32,000 bases of DNA from NCBI GenBank assembly GCA_002952755.1, contig CP025011.1, positions 870,001-902,000 on the forward strand, read 5' to 3'. This document shows, in pieces, positions 7,882-16,141 of this stretch. Position 1 is the stretch's first letter. Each line of letters begins with the position of its first letter. The translations under genes were made by a program, and so were the position numbers. The notes beneath the pieces were generated by a model that was not told the origin of the DNA, did not search any database, and was given only the letters and a program-made list of their open reading frames with translations. Source of the stretch: Candidatus Saccharimonadota bacterium (GTDB lineage Bacteria; Patescibacteriota; Saccharimonadia; Saccharimonadales; UBA4665).

Positions 7882-8053
7882 GTTCCATGATAGAAAACAA
7901 AAGCGCCAATTTCAGCTTCGACTTATATGGCAGGACTTACGGTACGCTAATGGAACTTTGGAGGAGTGGGTGAAGAAGTCTGAAGCAGAAATATTAGAAA
8001 TCGAGGATGAAATCAGGGAGATACGTGGCCTACTCGATGCATACAAAGAATAG
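7874..8053 (+). CDS. Small hypothetical ORF (59 aa) just upstream of the nuclease/ATPase pair
   Basis: MNMFHDRKQKRQFQLRLIWQDLRYANGTLEEWVKKSEAEILEIEDEIREIRGLLDAYKE. It is below the 60-aa cutoff of the ORF track. The paralogous segment at 4013-4174 differs by synonymous or conservative codon changes (gaa/gag, ata/att, agg/cgg), which suggests this frame is or was coding. Confidence 0.4.
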   Translation: MNMFHDRKQKRQFQLRLIWQDLRYANGTLEEWVKKSEAEILEIEDEIREIRGLLDAYKE

Positions 8054-8117
8054 GTGTTACAATTAAGTTGTTCTTTGTGCCACTACATACCGAAATACAG
8101 TAGAGATTGGGTGAACT

Positions 8118-9494
8118 ATGGCAGGATCTATTACCGACCACTTTAGCATTAACAAAGAAGCATTCGCTGCCACTGGGGCCGTCGATACGATTCTAGACGT
8201 TGACTCTCTTTATTTTCTTGACCCGAAGTCTTTAAAGACCACGCAAGTGCCCGAATTTGTCAGCTCATACTCGAAGCTGGAGACAAACTTTGAAAATATT
8301 CTTAAGCTATTAAAGAAAAGTGATGGTAGGGACATCTTCTGGAATGAAGCCTGGAAGCTACTGCCGCGCGGGGAACTTAAAGGCCTAAATCTAGGATATT
8401 CCATTGGGAGCACCGACGGCTCTGGCTTTGGCCCAAAGCATAAACGAATTACATTGCAAACAGCAAAACAAATTGTTGACGCCCGCATAGAAGATCCAAC
8501 GTTTTTTGAGCTCCTTGGCGTATTCCAGAAAGGGATCGGTTCAGACAGGATCAGCGATCTTATTAGTCTTATAATTGCCGAGGATATCATAAAGTACAGC
8601 GAACGAGTCTTTCGCGTCGTGGGCATAAATCAAAAAAGACTGTTCCGCGGTGAGATCAGAGACTTGCCAAGCAATCCCTTTAAACCTGAGCCTGTGTTGG
8701 TTCTGCCGCAAGATTTACTTAGAGACCTGCCAGTAGCACGAGACTGGAGTGAGGTCGACATAGTATGCGCCCATAATGAAGCACTCCGTAAGGAAGTCAA
8801 CAACATTATAGGTGGCACATGGAAAAGGGCCGCCAGTAAAGATAAGGATATTCTTAAGCGCACCCTTCTTACTCACCCTGATTTACTGAAAGATCTTATG
8901 CATGTCTACCGAACAAAAGGTGCTAAAGCCTATGATTTTAGCCGTGATCCTGCGGGCGAGCTAAGTTGGTATGAAACAACTAAACGTCTGGTGAAGGATT
9001 ATCCCCTCGCGCTAGATAAAACACCTCAGAATCCAGAAGAATTGATTGAGCTGGTACGAATCATCGCGCTTCACTTTAAGCAATTAGTAGAAAATAACGG
9101 TCAATATGAACTCCTTTACCACGACAATACGTGTCGACATCATAAGCCCGAGCGAGCGGCACAAAAGTTATTCTTCGCGATAGCCGACGCTTACTGCAAG
9201 GCAAACGACATTGACCTTTCGCCGGAAACGCATTCAGGCAGAGGCTCAGTTGACTTTAAGTTGAGCAGGGGCTACAGCATGCGCGTAATAGTTGAGACCA
9301 AGCTGAGCACCAGCAGTGCGCTAGTGCACGGCTACGAAACGCAGATTGAGGAATATACCAAAGCTGAAAAGATTCCTCTGGCTCAAGCCTTCTATCTACC
9401 CATACTCGTAACCGCATCCCCTCAAGAAAGGCTTAAGTTAGTAACTCAAGCCAGAAGCGATATGATTGCAAAAAACAGCCTTATCCCGAACTAA
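8118..9494 (+). CDS. Protein with C-terminal RecB-like PD-(D/E)xK nuclease domain and unknown N-terminal domain of about 330 aa
   Basis: 458-aa ORF. The motifs appear in canonical order: E345 (KPERAAQKLFF), D379 (GRGSVDFKL), E393-x-K395 (RVIVETKL), Q409-x3-Y413 (ETQIEEY). I recognise no motif in the N-terminal two thirds. Confidence 0.8.
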   Translation: MAGSITDHFSINKEAFAATGAVDTILDVDSLYFLDPKSLKTTQVPEFVSSYSKLETNFENILKLLKKSDGRDIFWNEAWKLLPRGELKGLNLGYSIGSTDGSGFGPKHKRITLQTAKQIVDARIEDPTFFELLGVFQKGIGSDRISDLISLIIAEDIIKYSERVFRVVGINQKRLFRGEIRDLPSNPFKPEPVLVLPQDLLRDLPVARDWSEVDIVCAHNEALRKEVNNIIGGTWKRAASKDKDILKRTLLTHPDLLKDLMHVYRTKGAKAYDFSRDPAGELSWYETTKRLVKDYPLALDKTPQNPEELIELVRIIALHFKQLVENNGQYELLYHDNTCRHHKPERAAQKLFFAIADAYCKANDIDLSPETHSGRGSVDFKLSRGYSMRVIVETKLSTSSALVHGYETQIEEYTKAEKIPLAQAFYLPILVTASPQERLKLVTQARSDMIAKNSLIPN

Positions 9495-9564
9495 TCGAGA
9501 TAAATGCCCAGCATAAAGAAACTGCGAGCAAACAAAAGACTAAATCAAAGTCGGGAGGAAACTA

Positions 9565-10962
9565 ATGTTTATAAGCACACTGTCGGTCAAGAACTTCCGT
9601 CCCTTCGGGAACGGTTCAGCTTTTACCATAGGAAATATGAACATTCCCAATGCGGTAGATGAGGGGACGGGTTTAAACGTCCTGGTTGGAGAAAACGGCT
9701 GCGGAAAAACAACACTCTTGGACGCCTTAGTCCTTCCATTACTCGAGTATAAGGCTGATTCTGTTGATCTAGGTGATTTTCACGATAAAGACCATACTAT
9801 AGAAATAAGCATATTAACCAACGGCAACTTCTCGTACGCTGGCACTATACCACGCACAACATACAACGGTAAGGGATTTGAGTTTGAAGCTAAAATTCGA
9901 GCCCGCGGCAACTCAGCATATCTTTCTTCCATGGTTGTTAGTGATCAACGTTTTATTCGTGCTGATGGCGAGACTAAGCCCGAGGACGGAAGGCCCGACT
10001 TACGACTCAAGGTAGATAATCCCTGGAAAGGGCCTCGTTTTAGTGAAAATGATATCCTATATCTCGATAAAAATCGCACCTTTCAAATACGAAGCGGAAC
10101 GTATAATTCTACACGCTTCGATCGGGTTATGGAGGATTACAATTATCAGCACCTCAAGACTTTTATCCCCATGAAAGATCTTGATAAAGCCATCACAGAT
10201 AAGATATTGACCTTTGAAAATACCCACTTAAGAAGTGCTCTTGATAAATTTAAAGACATTTATGGCGAACCTGTGCGCCTTAGTGTCATCGACAACCATC
10301 AGCCCTTCAAAAATGCTTTCTTCGCATACACCAAGCCAGACCATCACCAAATTCCGCTGGACGATATGGGCTCTGGCTACGAGATGATATTTACGATTCT
10401 CTACTCCTATTATCTTTCGCGGCAAAGCGGGAAGCAGCTCATTTTACTTATTGACGAACCAGAACTTCATTTACACCCCAATCTTCAGGAAACTTTTTCC
10501 AAACTACTACTTGAATTCTCAAAAGACGCTCAGATATTCATCACTACCCACTCCCCCTTACTTGTCAAGCAACTAATGACTAGTCCAAAGCCTTTAATCA
10601 AAGTTCTACGCACAGACTCGGGGGCCATAAGTGAGTCGTCAATTGCCGACAGAAAACTAACTTACCTTTCAGCAAACGAAATCAACTATATTGCCTACCA
10701 GCTTCCTACGGAGGAATACCATAACGAGCTTTACGAGGAGCTATTCGGTCAACACGCGACAGCCACAGGTATTAAAAACTTCGATATTAGTTATTTCCAA
10801 GGAGTAAAAAATGAGCCTGCGAATTATGAGTGGAAGGGCACACCAAATCAGGTAAGTCTACACACTTATGTTCGCAATCAGATTCATCACCGCAGCACTT
10901 GTGGTACAGCAACGACGGTGGACATACAAACATCTATCGATAAGATGAGGAGCTTTCTCTAA
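9565..10962 (+). CDS. AAA_15/AAA_21-type ABC ATPase (OLD/PtuA/AriA-like N-terminal ATPase) with a C-terminal extension of about 120 aa
   Basis: 465-aa ORF with SD GGGAGGA upstream. The N-terminus reads LSVKNFRPF...LNVLVGENGCGKTTLLDAL (Walker A). There is an MGSGYE signature-like loop, LILLIDEPELHLHP (Walker B/D-loop) and ITTHSP (H-loop). No Toprim motif was seen. Confidence 0.88.
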   Translation: MFISTLSVKNFRPFGNGSAFTIGNMNIPNAVDEGTGLNVLVGENGCGKTTLLDALVLPLLEYKADSVDLGDFHDKDHTIEISILTNGNFSYAGTIPRTTYNGKGFEFEAKIRARGNSAYLSSMVVSDQRFIRADGETKPEDGRPDLRLKVDNPWKGPRFSENDILYLDKNRTFQIRSGTYNSTRFDRVMEDYNYQHLKTFIPMKDLDKAITDKILTFENTHLRSALDKFKDIYGEPVRLSVIDNHQPFKNAFFAYTKPDHHQIPLDDMGSGYEMIFTILYSYYLSRQSGKQLILLIDEPELHLHPNLQETFSKLLLEFSKDAQIFITTHSPLLVKQLMTSPKPLIKVLRTDSGAISESSIADRKLTYLSANEINYIAYQLPTEEYHNELYEELFGQHATATGIKNFDISYFQGVKNEPANYEWKGTPNQVSLHTYVRNQIHHRSTCGTATTVDIQTSIDKMRSFL

Positions 10963-11025
10963 TTATGGCGTCAGCTTCTAGGAACCAAACTCGCTAACAG
11001 ATGACAAATTCTCAATCAAACAAAA

Positions 11026-11050
11026 TGACCATACAAAATTTGTATGGTCA
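11026..11050 (-). terminator. Rho-independent terminator downstream of tRNA-Trp (possibly bidirectional)
   Basis: 10-bp stem TGACCATACA / TGTATGGTCA with a 5-nt loop. On the minus strand it is followed by TTTTGTTTGATT. Confidence 0.5.
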
Positions 11051-11078
11051 CCTCTGTAAAAAGTTATATTATTCGCCT

Positions 11079-11154
11079 TGGCAGGGGTAGCAGGACTCGA
11101 ACCTACGACACCTGGTTTTGGAGACCAGTGCTCTACCAACTGAGCTATACCCCT
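11079..11154 (-). tRNA. trnW: tRNA-Trp (anticodon CCA), CCA end encoded
   Basis: The reverse complement reads AGGGGTATAGCTCAGTTGGTAGAGCACTGGTCTCCAAAACCAGGTGTCGTAGGTTCGAGTCCTGCTACCCCTGCCA. The 7-bp acceptor stem AGGGGTA/TACCCCT is perfect. D arm GCTC/GAGC, anticodon stem CTGGT/ACCAG with loop CTCCAAA, T arm GTAGG-TTCGAGT-CCTGC, discriminator G. It closely resembles E. coli tRNA-Trp. Confidence 0.93.
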
Positions 11155-11270
11155 ATGCGGTGAACAGGTTACATAATAAGCTAAAAAGAGTAAAAAGTCA
11201 CCGTGCGTTTTTGCGTAACAGATAGGGTGGGTTGTGGCATGTCGCAGTATCTGGTATATCTATTACTACT

Positions 11271-11939
11271 ATGGCTATGGCAAAGGTAGAACCTACCAAA
11301 CCACTTTTGATCCTCTTGTATGGCTATCCTGGGTCGGGAAAGACCTACTTTGCCAGGCAACTCAGCGAGCATTTTAAGGCTGCGCACGTATATGGCGACC
11401 GTATCCGCGGCGACTTATTTGATCATCCGCGTTACGATAAAGAGGAAAATGAGGTGATCGGCCAGCTCATGGATTATATGACTGGCGAATTCTTAAGCGC
11501 AGGTTTGAGCGTTATTTATGATATTAATGCTATGCGCACCGGCCAACGCCGCCTGCTTCGGGATATGGCTCGCAAGGCTCGCGCTGAGGTGGTGCTAGTG
11601 TGGTTGCAGATAGATCCTGAAACTGCCTTTACCCGCCTGCAAAGCCGGGATCGCCGCCGCAGCGACGACAAATTTGCCGGACCGACAGATCGCGCCACTT
11701 TCGAACGCATTGCCGGCGGTATGCAAAATCCACAAAATGAGGACTATATTGTCGTAAGCGGCAAGCACACCTTTGACACCCAGCTTAGCGCTTTTGTGAA
11801 GCGTATGCGCGAGCTCAATCTGGTACCCACAAGCAGCGACGTGAACATCAAGGTTGTCAAGCCAGGCTTGGTCAACCTCATTCCCAACCCCGCCGCTGGC
11901 CGCGTCGATATGTCGCGGCGCAATATCGTTATCCGGTGA
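11271..11939 (+). CDS. P-loop kinase / AAA_33-like ATP-binding protein
   Basis: Walker A (LLYGYPGSGKTYFARQL), a Walker B-like strand (LSVIYDINA) and an Arg-rich lid (LQSRDRRRSDD). The ATG at 11271 (MAMAKVEPTKPLL) is preferred over the TTG at 11232. Confidence 0.75.
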   Translation: MAMAKVEPTKPLLILLYGYPGSGKTYFARQLSEHFKAAHVYGDRIRGDLFDHPRYDKEENEVIGQLMDYMTGEFLSAGLSVIYDINAMRTGQRRLLRDMARKARAEVVLVWLQIDPETAFTRLQSRDRRRSDDKFAGPTDRATFERIAGGMQNPQNEDYIVVSGKHTFDTQLSAFVKRMRELNLVPTSSDVNIKVVKPGLVNLIPNPAAGRVDMSRRNIVIR

Positions 11940-11949
11940 GGATCCGCCT

Positions 11950-12651
11950 ATGGCGACAAAATTATTTGAAATTCCGGGCGTAGGTACTGTTACGGTATAT
12001 AAACGGCGGGGGAATCGATCGCTGCGTCTTACTGTGTCGGCGACAGGGGAAATTCGTGTCTCTATGCCATCTTGGCTGCCTTATAAGGCCGGCGAACAAT
12101 TCGCCATCAGTAAAACAAATTGGATAGTACAGCATAAACTCTCCACACCAGTAGGATTACGACATGGTCAGGTAATCGGTAAGGCCCATCGTCTTCATTT
12201 TGTGCCCGACGCCCAGGCTGCACGTATTAGCACACGATTGAAACAGAATCAGATCGAGATAAATCATCCTGCAACCATGGACGCCAGTGACCCTACCGTA
12301 CAACAAGCCGCTCGTGTAGCTAGTATCCGCGCCTTGCGCAAGGAAGCCGAGCAACTGCTACCTATTCGCCTTCGTCAACTGGCCATGCAAGAGGATTTTA
12401 GTTTTAAGAGCGTGGGGATCAAGCAGCTCAAGAGCCGCTGGGGAAGTTGCAGTAGTACAACTGAAATTACGCTTAATCTCTTCCTCATGCAACTCCCTTG
12501 GCACCTTATTGACTACGTCTTGCTACACGAGCTAACTCACACCAAAGTAATGCAGCACGGCGCGCCTTTTTGGCGCGAGCTGGAGCGCCACGTGCCTCAT
12601 GCCAAAAAACTACGCAAGGAAATTAGCGCATACCACCCCGTGCTAGTATAA
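11950..12651 (+). CDS. YgjP-like (DUF45 / M48-like) zinc metallohydrolase
   Basis: WGSCSSTTEITLNLFLMQLPWHLIDYVLLHELTHTKVMQHGAPFW, with the HExxH motif HELTH. The ATG at 11950 (MATKLFEIPG...) is preferred, 10 nt after the upstream stop. Confidence 0.8.
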   Translation: MATKLFEIPGVGTVTVYKRRGNRSLRLTVSATGEIRVSMPSWLPYKAGEQFAISKTNWIVQHKLSTPVGLRHGQVIGKAHRLHFVPDAQAARISTRLKQNQIEINHPATMDASDPTVQQAARVASIRALRKEAEQLLPIRLRQLAMQEDFSFKSVGIKQLKSRWGSCSSTTEITLNLFLMQLPWHLIDYVLLHELTHTKVMQHGAPFWRELERHVPHAKKLRKEISAYHPVLV

Positions 12652-12663
12652 AATTCTGTTAGA

Positions 12664-13785
12664 ATGGGGCTTATGGTAAAAGGAATGATCGCTCGGCGCA
12701 CTTCGATTACTGAAGCCAATCTAGAACATGAACGCCTCACAAGTCTGATAAACAGCATGGCTGATGGCGTGCTCGCCGTCGATACACAAATGCACGTCGT
12801 GATGAGTAACGGCGCGGCCCTCAATATCCTCGACGTCAACAGTTCATTGCGCGGCCGCAAATTAGGCGGTGTCGTGCATCTGTTAGACAAAAACAACCAG
12901 CCGATCGATATTGAAACATTGGTTAAGCAAACTATTACGCCCACAAGCAACCGCGACCTACTTATTAAATACGACGACGGTAGCACGATGAATCTATATC
13001 TGAGCATTGCGCCGGTACATCTTGGGTATGGCAAGCAAGGTCAACAGGGATATGTGCTCTTGCTGCGCGATATTACACACGAAAAATCGCTCGAAGAAGA
13101 GCGGGATGAGTTTATTAGTGTGGTCAGCCACGAACTGCGCACGCCAATCGCCATTGCCGAAGGCAACATCTCCAATGCCCAATTTATCGGCGAAAAGAGC
13201 GGCGATATGAAGCTTATTAGCGATGCCCTCAAGCAAGCACACGAGCAAGTTTTGTTCCTGGCCGATCTCATCAATGACTTATCTACGCTGTCGCGCGCTG
13301 AGCGGGGCAAGCTCAATATTGATATAGAGGCGATCGACGTGCCGGCGCTGGTACGAGATCTGACTAGCAATTACACGCCGCAGGCCAAAGCCAAGGGCCT
13401 CGCGTTTAGATCCGAGGTAGACGCAGGCGTCAAAACGCTGGACTCCAGCAAACTGTACGTGCGCGAAATTTTGCAAAACTTTATCACTAACGCACTCAAA
13501 TATACCCAAAAGGGGAGCATAATGCTACGCGCCGAAACAGCCGACAAAGGTGTGCGCTTTATCGTCCAGGACACCGGCATCGGTATAAGCAAAACCGACC
13601 AGGAAAAAATATTCGATAAATTCTTCCGGAGTGAAGATTACCGCACGCGCAAAACAAATGGCACCGGTCTCGGTCTGTACGTCACCCTCAAACTGGCACG
13701 TATTGTCCACGCCGACATCGATGTCGAGAGCGAGCTCAACAAAGGGTCGGCCTTCTCGATCTTTATTCCGCATCTGGGAGAGTGA
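12664..13785 (+). CDS. Cytoplasmic PAS-domain sensor histidine kinase
   Basis: 373-aa ORF with H-box FISVVSHELRTPIA, N-box ILQNFITNALKYT, G1 VQDTGIGIS and G2 GTGLGLYV. The N-terminal PAS-like region has no TM segment. No response regulator is adjacent. Confidence 0.9.
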   Translation: MGLMVKGMIARRTSITEANLEHERLTSLINSMADGVLAVDTQMHVVMSNGAALNILDVNSSLRGRKLGGVVHLLDKNNQPIDIETLVKQTITPTSNRDLLIKYDDGSTMNLYLSIAPVHLGYGKQGQQGYVLLLRDITHEKSLEEERDEFISVVSHELRTPIAIAEGNISNAQFIGEKSGDMKLISDALKQAHEQVLFLADLINDLSTLSRAERGKLNIDIEAIDVPALVRDLTSNYTPQAKAKGLAFRSEVDAGVKTLDSSKLYVREILQNFITNALKYTQKGSIMLRAETADKGVRFIVQDTGIGISKTDQEKIFDKFFRSEDYRTRKTNGTGLGLYVTLKLARIVHADIDVESELNKGSAFSIFIPHLGE

Positions 13786-13788
13786 GTA

Positions 13789-15297
13789 CTAGTCGATTTT
13801 CGGCAAGTGTGGGATGACATGCATCGCAGGGATGCAAATATTACGCCCTTTCCATTCGACTGCCGAAAACTCGTATTGCCACATCGAATAATAGAGTATG
13901 CCCAAATCGTATAGCACGCCAATAGGCAAGCCGAGCAGACCGAGCCACCAGTTCATAGTGCGCGTAGCTCGCGCCATTTTCTGGTAGGTAACGAGTAAGA
14001 TGATACTAGTCAAGCCCGCCAAGAGTTGCGTAAAGGACCCTAGGCGCCACCAAAACCCACCAGCAGCGAGAGCGAAGGGAAGGAGCACGAAAGCCGCTAT
14101 AGCAACGGTAAAAACAAAAACGTTTTCCGGACGGCGGTGCAGCTGTGGATAACGGGTGCGGATAGCTGTTTCGCGTTGCTCAGCTGGACCCTTCACACTC
14201 TGGATGCCAACCCCCTGATCAGCCCGCATAAAGCTGTACCCATCGGTAGATATCAACTTGCGTGCAAAAAAAGCCTCGGGAGTAATTGCCCGTGCGACTG
14301 CTATAAATCCGCCGGCCTTCACCAGTGATTGTTTCTGTATAGCAAAACAAGTGCTGAGTACCGGCGGACGATTAAACCATCGCCGTGGCGGCACGAGCTC
14401 CCAAAAGTAGCGCATGGCCTGAGTGAGCGCAAAGCGTCGCTCAGCAGTCTCGCCACGCCATGGCAGAATGCTCACCATCTGTTTATTCTTCTGCAACATA
14501 AGATTCATGAGTTGTCGCAGGCTGTCCGGAGCTACGCGCACATCGACGCCAGCAAATACGATATATTCGCCGCTTGCTTCCTGAGTCAAACGGTCATACG
14601 CCTGATTCTTAGGCAGCCACGTCTCCTTAGGTGCCTCACCTTGGATGAATCGTACGCCGTCATGAGCAAAGCTACGGATAATCTCGGGCGTACGTCTCAG
14701 CTGCGAACAATCGTCCAAGACTAAGATTTCTAATTTTGGGTAATCGGAGGCAATAAGGCTACGCAGACATTCTTCCAGGTCTTCCGTTTCGTTGCGTGCT
14801 GGAATAGCTACCGAAACCGTAGGGAGCTCAACATCGCTCAAATGAGCAGTCGTCTTTAGCCAGGCCGTACGTCTCAATTGTCGATTTGTCGAAACAAATA
14901 GTAGCACTGCTGCGAAGAGTTGTAGAACAGCAACCGCCACCCACCAGCCCTGGCGAGCATGGACTCTATCCCATATAAACCAAAGAACTGCAATGATAGC
15001 CTGCAACGCCAACAAGGTTAAGCCGGTTCGGCGCGAGGCATAATACAAATAACGCTCATGCATTCGCGCTTCGATAATTCGCGTGTAATTAAAGATACGG
15101 AATAATCCTATAAGGCCAATGAGAACACCAAAAAGTGTCGGCTGCCAGAGTGCGATCCACCCCGAGGTGAATGCGGTAAGCAGGGTACATATAATTGCTA
15201 TTGCTTCTCGCACCCGCCAAAATGGACGAGCCCATTCCATAAGCAGTTCAAGAAAAATTGAGGCCGCAAAAACGCCAAGTATAACCATCATGAGCAT
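13789..15297 (-). CDS. Membrane-embedded family 2 glycosyltransferase
   Basis: 502-aa ORF with N- and C-terminal TM clusters flanking a GT2 core (VSVAIPARNETEDLEECLRSLIASDYPKLEILVLDDCS; FAGVDV). Confidence 0.88.
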   Translation of the reverse strand: MLMMVILGVFAASIFLELLMEWARPFWRVREAIAIICTLLTAFTSGWIALWQPTLFGVLIGLIGLFRIFNYTRIIEARMHERYLYYASRRTGLTLLALQAIIAVLWFIWDRVHARQGWWVAVAVLQLFAAVLLFVSTNRQLRRTAWLKTTAHLSDVELPTVSVAIPARNETEDLEECLRSLIASDYPKLEILVLDDCSQLRRTPEIIRSFAHDGVRFIQGEAPKETWLPKNQAYDRLTQEASGEYIVFAGVDVRVAPDSLRQLMNLMLQKNKQMVSILPWRGETAERRFALTQAMRYFWELVPPRRWFNRPPVLSTCFAIQKQSLVKAGGFIAVARAITPEAFFARKLISTDGYSFMRADQGVGIQSVKGPAEQRETAIRTRYPQLHRRPENVFVFTVAIAAFVLLPFALAAGGFWWRLGSFTQLLAGLTSIILLVTYQKMARATRTMNWWLGLLGLPIGVLYDLGILYYSMWQYEFSAVEWKGRNICIPAMHVIPHLPKID

Positions 15298-15319
15298 ACT
15301 ATACTGCCCATTATCCTAC

Positions 15320-16141
15320 TCAGCCAGTAGTTGGACTCGTTGGAGGGGTCAAAGCATCCACATCGAGATGGTTAGTAGCCAAAAAGCCTTGCACGGCATT
15401 CGGCGGAATCAGAAAGCCTGTCTCGGCTTCAATCCGCTCAATCTCGGCCCCGACAGCATCATTCATTCGCGGAGCAAAATGACCAATCAGTTTTGTCCGT
15501 CTCTCATAAATCAATTCCGTCCGACGATCTCTTGAGATGAGCCTATCCTGGGCAAACGATACAAGATCCTCTCTATACGCCCGTGCTTCTGGTAAAGACT
15601 GGCTAAGTAGTCCCAGGGCCACCTTGTACATAGCATATAGGGCCAATGTCGGAGGAGGTATTGGCTCCCCCAGTAGCATATTGGCAGCTTTATCCCAATT
15701 TGAGTCTCTAAAGACATAACCAGAATCAGGGAGCCATTTCACCTCTTTAGGCGCTACTTCTTGAGCGAATCTGGTCATGGTTGCTTTACATCCGTGCACT
15801 TTTCGAGTAACTATTTCATTCAGCCTCACTCTAAATGCTATATCCTCTTGTTGTTCCGTAGGATACGGAAAGGAGTCGCTATTATAGGGAGGAGGGAGAC
15901 CGCGCACGCCATTAAATCTGTGGAGCGCTTTCATAGCATCCATTATGGAGTCAACCTGAGCTTCAGTTACTTGAGCATTCAATAATTTGTCCATGGTATG
16001 CGTCGGTGCAGCCGAATCGAGCGACAGACCCATCACAGTCGTGCCAACTTTTAAGCATGTACCGAAATCTACATTTGGCCAAATACCATTCGCGGCATTA
16101 AAACTAGCTATAACACTTCCTGGTAGTTCCGGTGCGGACAT
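15320..16141 (-). CDS. Hypothetical protein (no recognisable motif)
   Basis: The open frame runs to 16222 (TTG start). The first ATG is at 16141 (MSAPELPG...). It ends 22 nt upstream of the GT2 gene on the same strand. Confidence 0.55.
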   Translation of the reverse strand: MSAPELPGSVIASFNAANGIWPNVDFGTCLKVGTTVMGLSLDSAAPTHTMDKLLNAQVTEAQVDSIMDAMKALHRFNGVRGLPPPYNSDSFPYPTEQQEDIAFRVRLNEIVTRKVHGCKATMTRFAQEVAPKEVKWLPDSGYVFRDSNWDKAANMLLGEPIPPPTLALYAMYKVALGLLSQSLPEARAYREDLVSFAQDRLISRDRRTELIYERRTKLIGHFAPRMNDAVGAEIERIEAETGFLIPPNAVQGFLATNHLDVDALTPPTSPTTG

